In this document: positions 62,401 to 64,000 of the stretch, in pieces | Layout: every line of letters begins with the position of its first letter | Numbering within the stretch: the first letter of the stretch is position 1 | NCBI GenBank assembly: GCA_001687465.1 | Contig: LVLI01000353.1 | Location: forward strand, 1-64,000 | DNA length: 64,000 nucleotides | Reading direction: 5' to 3' | DNA from: Halocafeteria seosinensis | Lineage: Eukaryota | Program-made: the position numbers and the translations under genes | The notes under the pieces: generated by a model | Seen by the model: only the letters and a program-made list of their open reading frames with translations | What the model was told of the DNA's origin: nothing | The model's database searches: none

Positions 62401-63999
62401 GGCAGCACCTGAGGCTACAGTTATCGGTGCGGATCGTGTGAGTGAATTTCCAGAATCTAAGAGAATACAGCCTGAATCCTGCATGGAGTTGCCCGAAACA
62501 ATGGAAACTGAGCCACTGGTTTGAGAATCACTCGTTAACAGCTTCAAATCACCACTGTTTCCATTGCCCGCGTCTCCCGTCGTCAAGCGAGCAGATCCAC
62601 TAGAGGTGTTGGTCTTACCGGAACGAATAAGTATGTTTCCTGAAGCCATGTTGGCAGTACCGGTCATTATTGAAGTGCTCCCCGATTCGACATTTCCCGT
62701 TCCAGTGCTCAGGCTTATATGCCCGGAACAATGAAGAGCGCTCCCGGTCTCAAGCCGAAAGACGCCACTGTACTTGTTAGCATCCCCAGAGTATATCACA
62801 CCACGACCACTGTTCTCATTAGAATCACCACTACGGAAGCTGATCACACCAGTGCTACTGCCGGCCTCAGATCCAATTAGCAATTTTCCAGAATTTCCGT
62901 CCGAAACGCCAGAAGCTACTTCGACGAAGCCCGTGTCGCGCAGCTTTGAATTTCCACTATCAATATTCAGTGATCCACTGCACCCATAGTGTGTTGATCC
63001 CGTCACGACAGAGACACTACCACTTTCAAGATTTCCTAACTTCGTTTGAGAAATGAGGAAGCCACTTGCTGCTTCTATGCAGTTCCCTGATTGTATGGTG
63101 ATAGCTCCCGTATCCTGGAACTGAGACGACCCCGTCGACATCGATAGATCGCCCGAATTTGCTCCTGCACCTGAACGAACTTCAAACTTCCCGGTGTAGC
63201 CGGCCTGTGAGCAGCCAGAAATAAGTGACAGTGAGCCACTAGCCATGGTGGCGTCTGCAGAATAAGCAACTATGCCTCCAGTTCCAAGATTACTCTTCGC
63301 AGTTTTCGCAAGTAGAGAACCCGAGCATTCTAGGCCTGTTCCTGTCAGCCAGGAAATATCTCCCCCATTACCATGGAGAGACTTCCCGGCCTTGATGGTA
63401 ATATAGCCTCCATTTCCGCATGTAGAACGTCCTGCAAGAAGCGACAGTGAACCGCTAGCGTCCCCACGATTGGAAGTCAACGCAATATGACCGCTGGCAC
63501 CATTACTACAGCCAGATCCGGTCCTGAATTCAATATATCCAGTTCTTTCTGCGCCCCTACCAGTTTTGATAGTTATACGTCCACTTTTCCCGTTAGTATC
63601 GCCAGTGTAGACGTCTACTGAGCCGGTCTCCTCATGCAGCGATACAAAACCAGAATGAATATCGACCGCCTTGGAGTGTCCACAAGCGTTCAGTCCGGAA
63701 GCAATTTTGACATGTCCTCCATGCACATTTGAGGGACCACCTTTAATCTGAATTGATCCTCCATAGTCCTGACTGCTTCCGGAAGTAATACTGATACTTC
63801 CGGATTTGCATACGGAAGAACCAGTAGAGACAAGGACGCGGCCTGAATTCGACGTTCCAAGTCCGGTCGTTAGAAGGACGTCATGTGACTTAAAGTCATT
63901 CTGAAATCCAGTGACGACAAGAACGCCACCGCTCAGACCATTTGGTGCTGCCCCACTGGAAAAATCTACTGAGCCAGTATCTGCGCTATTTGAAGACCC
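47455..63999 (-). CDS. Giant Gly/Ser-rich repeat protein B (>=5514 aa, 5'-truncated by the window); paralog of protein A
   Basis: The minus frame is open from the window edge; my manual translation of 63999-63727 gives GSSNSADTGSVDFSSG...GGSIQIKGGPSN with no stop. It continues to TAG at 47455 with the same repeat consensus, shared motifs (GRLTLGTG, SGGGNSGGSG) and a ~300-aa non-repetitive C-terminus. Confidence 0.93.
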   Translation of the reverse strand, partial: GSSNSADTGSVDFSSGAAPNGLSGGVLVVTGFQNDFKSHDVLLTTGLGTSNSGRVLVSTGSSVCKSGSISITSGSSQDYGGSIQIKGGPSNVHGGHVKIASGLNACGHSKAVDIHSGFVSLHEETGSVDVYTGDTNGKSGRITIKTGRGAERTGYIEFRTGSGCSNGASGHIALTSNRGDASGSLSLLAGRSTCGNGGYITIKAGKSLHGNGGDISWLTGTGLECSGSLLAKTAKSNLGTGGIVAYSADATMASGSLSLISGCSQAGYTGKFEVRSGAGANSGDLSMSTGSSQFQDTGAITIQSGNCIEAASGFLISQTKLGNLESGSVSVVTGSTHYGCSGSLNIDSGNSKLRDTGFVEVASGVSDGNSGKLLIGSEAGSSTGVISFRSGDSNENSGRGVIYSGDANKYSGVFRLETGSALHCSGHISLSTGTGNVESGSTSIMTGTANMASGNILIRSGKTNTSSGSARLTTGDAGNGNSGDLKLLTSDSQTSGSVSIVSGNSMQDSGCILLDSGNSLTRSAPITVASGAALQDNNSGFVSFVSGNTERGGSGSLTLRSGASGKSHSGQITIHSGNGDNSGNIRIASGNGNDMSGDALLYSGSSTHGNSGPISLSVGSSNKGNGGAVTIQAGDAVSNIGGALSLSSGGGSSSDSGALHIASTISKTGSTGRMSVRSGITPEGNTGPISIGSGRCSDGDSGNGILGSGKTTQGNSGAVLLASGDAKHSSSGAIALVSGNADDASTGHILLNSATAGISTGSVSLLVGRSHATGGDVLVRAGQAAVNEGGAVSVFTGHGCHSGSAYIRSPSSNSYSGAILGISGSTPKGNSGYIHIDTGTIQEGNGGRVVLSSGRSLRGKSGGATIGSGIGNSRSGMVTLVTGTSNEGNSGTMRLRTSDSLSGNSGAISLVVSTGHAVGGSIAIRSGSSHSSTFHGGSFYLLSGTGSCSGSILTSTSSSGVGNTGSQDYMSGSSSENSGAVLAGSGSSADKNTGKVELLTGGSQIDSGRIEVTTGNSGGYSGNVLMETGNAQGLKTSGRVLIHSGNTLFGNSGSISLITGNASRQTGAVVFSASSQSTRGGEVNVVAEGQITLHSSNSMHTAKSGYISFSTGNAVEGNSGNILFVSGDACRSSAVRAFTGRASKRSGDIQLSTGRDATSGHLELGSGASSHRSGNVFLASGSSNCQDTGGLTINSGESSHSSGDINVSTGEGASSGTITFRSGSVESGQTGSVLVLTLEGDQRSGGVSFRSGVKESMNTGSVATFTGEAATSDSGQVKVVTGTAEVECSGFQVLRTGVSNAGNSGDIRALSSFGEVAGGSVTFSTGRGNKSSGTITMMTGSSRSGTSGLVSTTTGTAGTSSGNVALRSSSAISTGGISILSGTSTANSGSVSLDTGCSGMSSGSVTLSTGDANKDSGGLWFYSGASEQGTSGYVRMKIISSNTMGSISMLTGNSKRDSGCIILHAGCGSVEGGWIGFYSGTSKGVSGTVTLKSAESTQAATGQLSFRSGESNSGRSGEVVLFSGKSQLDSGEMTISTGESSEGDTGRVDLLTSGGKSLSGSFQLSSGRVECGAAGFISFRTGSTSTGDGGRILLRGGDATDGNGGRFVAQSGTSKLSGDSGETKISGGGSIEGGDGASVSIFTSGNSHRSGKLTMKTGYANMGNTGHVELFIGESTNGSSGSLSLFTGVAATRSGRLLFLTGGSNCGDSGGIRLSGGATESGNAGYILLRSSAASTEGSAGSISVVVREGLAFNHGDVVISAGCSSTKIGGPVSISSGTGDTTCSGSINIITSNVLQGDSGSVLIDSGFTTKENTGAMLVLSGVAVVSGDTGDAVLETGNSKIGTSGAMVALTGDAKEGRSGEIIVSTGLATGANSGRIEIASGPLSIISGASTKGKPSPLVIESGSAEMRGGHVVMVSRSIRSKILTEDTDDGVTGDLYIKTGRATLNSNTGTFNLFTGTSTSSSSGDIRYATGDVTAGRSGRFQIASSSGHSVTGELDMFSGHSVQCSGRLVFLSGQAGTNSGSVSLIGGSGTRGGLIKLSTGEAARTGDSGTLLLQSGTACGSTGSVRIQSGDACSGSGSLVLSSANAVSSSGKVSIITGNSAEQNAGKLRIITGSAASSRGDLLFFIGESASDVDSLFGIVLGVSNSGNGADVVIRGGSTVDATAVGGAISIATGGGASGSSGSLSISSACSATESGALKLVSGASDTSSGSITLQSGMSSCEDSGSIVLQSGNGATGTGDIHIVSQRGRDTQTICIVSGKGNNSGVIALMAKQAANQGGSLYMNSGNADLHSGNIVISSGTSSRTSPGGYISVTTGSGTNTGVLEVLSSDGSGNTGRLTIRSGSARTSGELSFSTGETNDVASGLIWLRSGTSTTARTGSITAFTDDGEVTGSMDAFSGDANGGDSGYVSFHTGTANTASGGIAFSTGSSSMFSGSISIIANDAYLNSGDVNLLSLDAKSNSGSVEVKTGTSVASSSGDIVVASGSSTLGNTGSLSATTGTGGNTGQINMLTGKAQGCSGAVSLFTGKGSCEPSGEIYLQSGSAKSSSGGVTIRTGCSLTAATASGVTIETGRGNISPEISVYVRSGDADNGFGGDVSIESGTSKTSSGKITLFSREGGNTGSISAFSGLTNSGSSGLLYIRSGTTNAGDTGDLSVLTGVSNSASSGSIAIESGGASQKSSGSITIKTNGSCGNTGYVIIAVGGSNGAGGAVSLLANDSAKGGRIVVEAGDSGASAGGTISLYSGPMGQIDFATSAAQTGNSGSISLVSGSNGAATGSVAALTGKANLGSTGAAVLQSQSTNDGKSGKLTLGTGKSTDGDSGSIVLSSGISATGNSGRINISIEKSTEGTSGALSIAAGQSSIKEGARIVLAGGDSSEHVGGDIFIGSGGGNSGGSGRVSFTVPSVHCGDTGSVSILTGDSTDGTTGFVQIRGGFTDHGESGEAMLSSGRSFHGGSGRLTLGTGDGNGGDSGNIILSSGEGDSGGYVSIQVGDSTQGTAGSLSLEVGKSGEGNGGNIILETGHTNKGSSGHVDISTKISDVADTGKVTLLTSSSTTGNTGDIVGKSGTATNGDAGSVSISTGNTVLGTSGSLTVASGEALGSGGSGDILFASGDGDISGSISLIVGYSTHGVGSDMLISSGTSMVNQGGSVTISSGGGDATGDTGAVWIYVPIDDASTGAMSVFSGHSTSGKTGAVRHRSGDTSLIGDTGSTVLSSGRSFDGNAGKLTLGTGKSTDGDSGSIVLSSGISATGNSGRINISIEKSTEGTSGALSIAAGQSSIKEGARIVLAGGDSSEHVGGDIFIGSGGGNSGGSGRVSFTVPSVHCGDTGSVSILTGDSTDGTTGFVQIRGGFTDHGESGEAMLSSGRSFHGGSGRLTLGTGDGNGGDSGRMELLSGSVNGANTGYVSISTGLTDSIGGSISLLALGSRNGGHVIAIGGTSHRRTGGQLILQSGDSTTLNSGNVALASGDSNGNSGLVHVLSGITSGTSGKIEVHTGDSTANSGNVGVSTGDATGSNSGMIAIESGGAAQSSGMLQLVSGDGEVSGSIKLLIGNTESTSGGFELTSGQSQGDSGNINFFGKDAALHSGPISLSSGSTDGFGASGSIFTGTGSGQCSGQITLVSGRGNTSSGQLSLRTAASSNQSGQMELRTGRSTLNSGHVSLTTKTGKDAGSISLLVGSGDATGASVIIHTGETPDSSSGNIEVVTADGKTSGRIELASVCSNVGDSGSVEIHTGNGRSISGILTFLTGSSKQYSTGSVSVLSGSAIWGPSGKAFLSSGNSYLDSGEITLVTGGSASETSGDVWVSTGTSGKNSGGISLISSSAGGNSGGSVTLQSGINGNLLIHGGASEASLSKGIKISSGNSEGSSKAIQLSTGETNTGNTGTVLIATGGSNTGNSGSILLSTGGGISSGDITFGYDAEAVDTTISSAASFMDSGDILLQTGNACDSSGHILFRVSSGKKQGGDVSLISGKSLHESGVIMLSTGSSNSDGQKGGTFAIASGSSGATSGSLSLASAEGGNAIMHSGAACENSGSLLFQTGPAPVGYSGGITIGSGNTDCGNSGAVQIFTGDGSVSSGGLSLLCAQGCAGGHIGIFTGSAINEGSGSVIMDTGKSNSGNSGRFTMRTAAAFGCSGTVCVLTGTSGSGSSGKITLSGGTSVAGNSGSIQLKTGDSNKDSGYIVVGARDSRDNTGALSLLVGESTRHNGGSVVTRLGTSATNGAQISLTTGAGIVESGSVRFETGKGHFEGSTGGLLLGSSESNAGFTGKLIIATGDSNANTGGISTLIGSASNGDGGAITLQAGGSSSQRGAHFRLQAGGGCNGGSIKVRSGAVGMTPTGCSGRIVLQSGCEFIGTSSGDVALSTLSGSSTGNIRIASGDSRKSSGGVSLHSRNGSGALTLSVGRSCVGAGASARIFGGKGNNGGDIDIFAGVASNGNGGKIEITSSANVAPITVRTGDGINSGGMEIATSSANTNSGVVVVRSASSSHASGSVSVVTGKSTTGSSGYIEMASGSASKCSGRVALYAGNGGGHIALQFGSNGAHIATGNSNMNSGSLKIFSADAPKTGTVLIGSGESNANSGRVQLISGSSNVGTAGNVLLRSGSTSGETFNGGQIDIMAGENGGNIHIGSDTAGGDSGMMVLRTGDGESSSAPLSITTGDSPSDSGRIAALVGNSNGNGGTVKLALGNSNGSSSPIMIYSGTSSNGCGGFVLVSTSSSGNNSGALSLFTGNSGSGASGSYRLVSMVSPSSGDISLSTGIGNDSSGSFIAQSSMATGGNGGDVLLSTGTASDPARRSGSIRLEGGHAAKGEGGFMIFSSGSSKLGSSGSIRLRSFSSANGNSGNLITRTGTANMDGGDISFDIPSSDEDSPSVALETGSALLHSGSVVLSSGTSSSGTSGGKFTLDSQKSGGAGGMLVLSSGQGDANEGGFVSIGSGFSGDQFEGSESVLNFFTGTTATEETSGSIVLSTGEAAPEHSDGAITLATGEQRFQEGGAIVLSAGDGLIVPALTLSAGHTNGDLGGALSIFGGASVGKGLSGSVVIVGGDSNGGGGDIDVTTPAASLNSGSIEISTGSGFNSGSISFITGVSNAGDSGDLQFEVSSTASQFGGDITFTAGGSNFNGGAISILGGSSVGTGNPNKGSQIQLSSGKSNGNGGDILLFAGDGGVSGGSISIMGGITSNQGRDVVITSGDRPGNTGVFGDMLLKGGVSSQILIAKSIEMTASGNMEWTLGAVLNMRELRNIKISADENFKLAVGSPGDVAFIEDLGLKMETGLGNPAGDITLQTGLGNSPNSGDVVLNLGIYNRGDNPDFTGRTITQTELDTMVNEADIGTFDAAHHSKLLMHGKVDQAPFDLPKNRYFGGIFGLVTGTINLDDHSTSIDATYTYRHSQQFSGVQWNSLPESASQSHLPGYAFSSIGDYVQCYLPPQWHRFMSCLAYVQDNAIVGTNGGNLGVTLTRIANTGNDGTTPATIAPYNSGIGPPLIKLHIMQKAQPNKEHLDRLQGLSS
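53819..55560 (-). repeat. Near-identical internal duplication in giant ORF B: 53819-54306 vs 55073-55560 (offset 1254 nt = 418 codons)
   Basis: The 488-bp copies have about 4 differences by eye, and the encoded peptide (LTLGTGKSTDGDSG...GDGNGGDSG) is identical. Confidence 0.95.
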
Positions 64000-64000
64000 C

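Noticed and set aside
48191..62989. Pro-rich plus-strand ORFs opposite giant gene B
   Set aside because: Same antisense shadow effect.

Overview
This is compact eukaryotic nuclear DNA with short GT-AG introns of about 60-120 nt (donors GTACGT/GTAAG/GTATG). It most likely comes from a flagellated protist; stramenopile-like is my inference. About 68% of the window is taken by two giant, intron-free, paralogous Gly/Ser-rich ORFs that point toward each other and both run off the window edges: at least 9037 aa on + (2-27115) and at least 5514 aa on - (47455-63999). Both are built from a ~15-aa repeat (G-x-hydrophobic-x-hydrophobic-x-[ST]-G-x4-G-[ND]-[ST]), organised in the + protein into ~153-aa super-repeats. 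Both end in an 8-residue-periodic segment and a small globular tip, an architecture reminiscent of phage tail-spike/fibre beta-helices. The ~20 kb between them holds a TFIIIC Tau95 N-terminal-like gene, a decayed island (ubiquitin-like and 2OG-Fe(II) oxygenase remnants, a tandem duplication), WDR19/IFT144, ARMT1/DUF89, AP-4 mu, a ZMYND12-like gene, an ankyrin protein, a secreted acylphosphatase-like protein and an MRM1-like SpoU methyltransferase. No rRNA, tRNA, CRISPR array or intact transposon was recognised. Family calls come from remembered motifs, not database searches.
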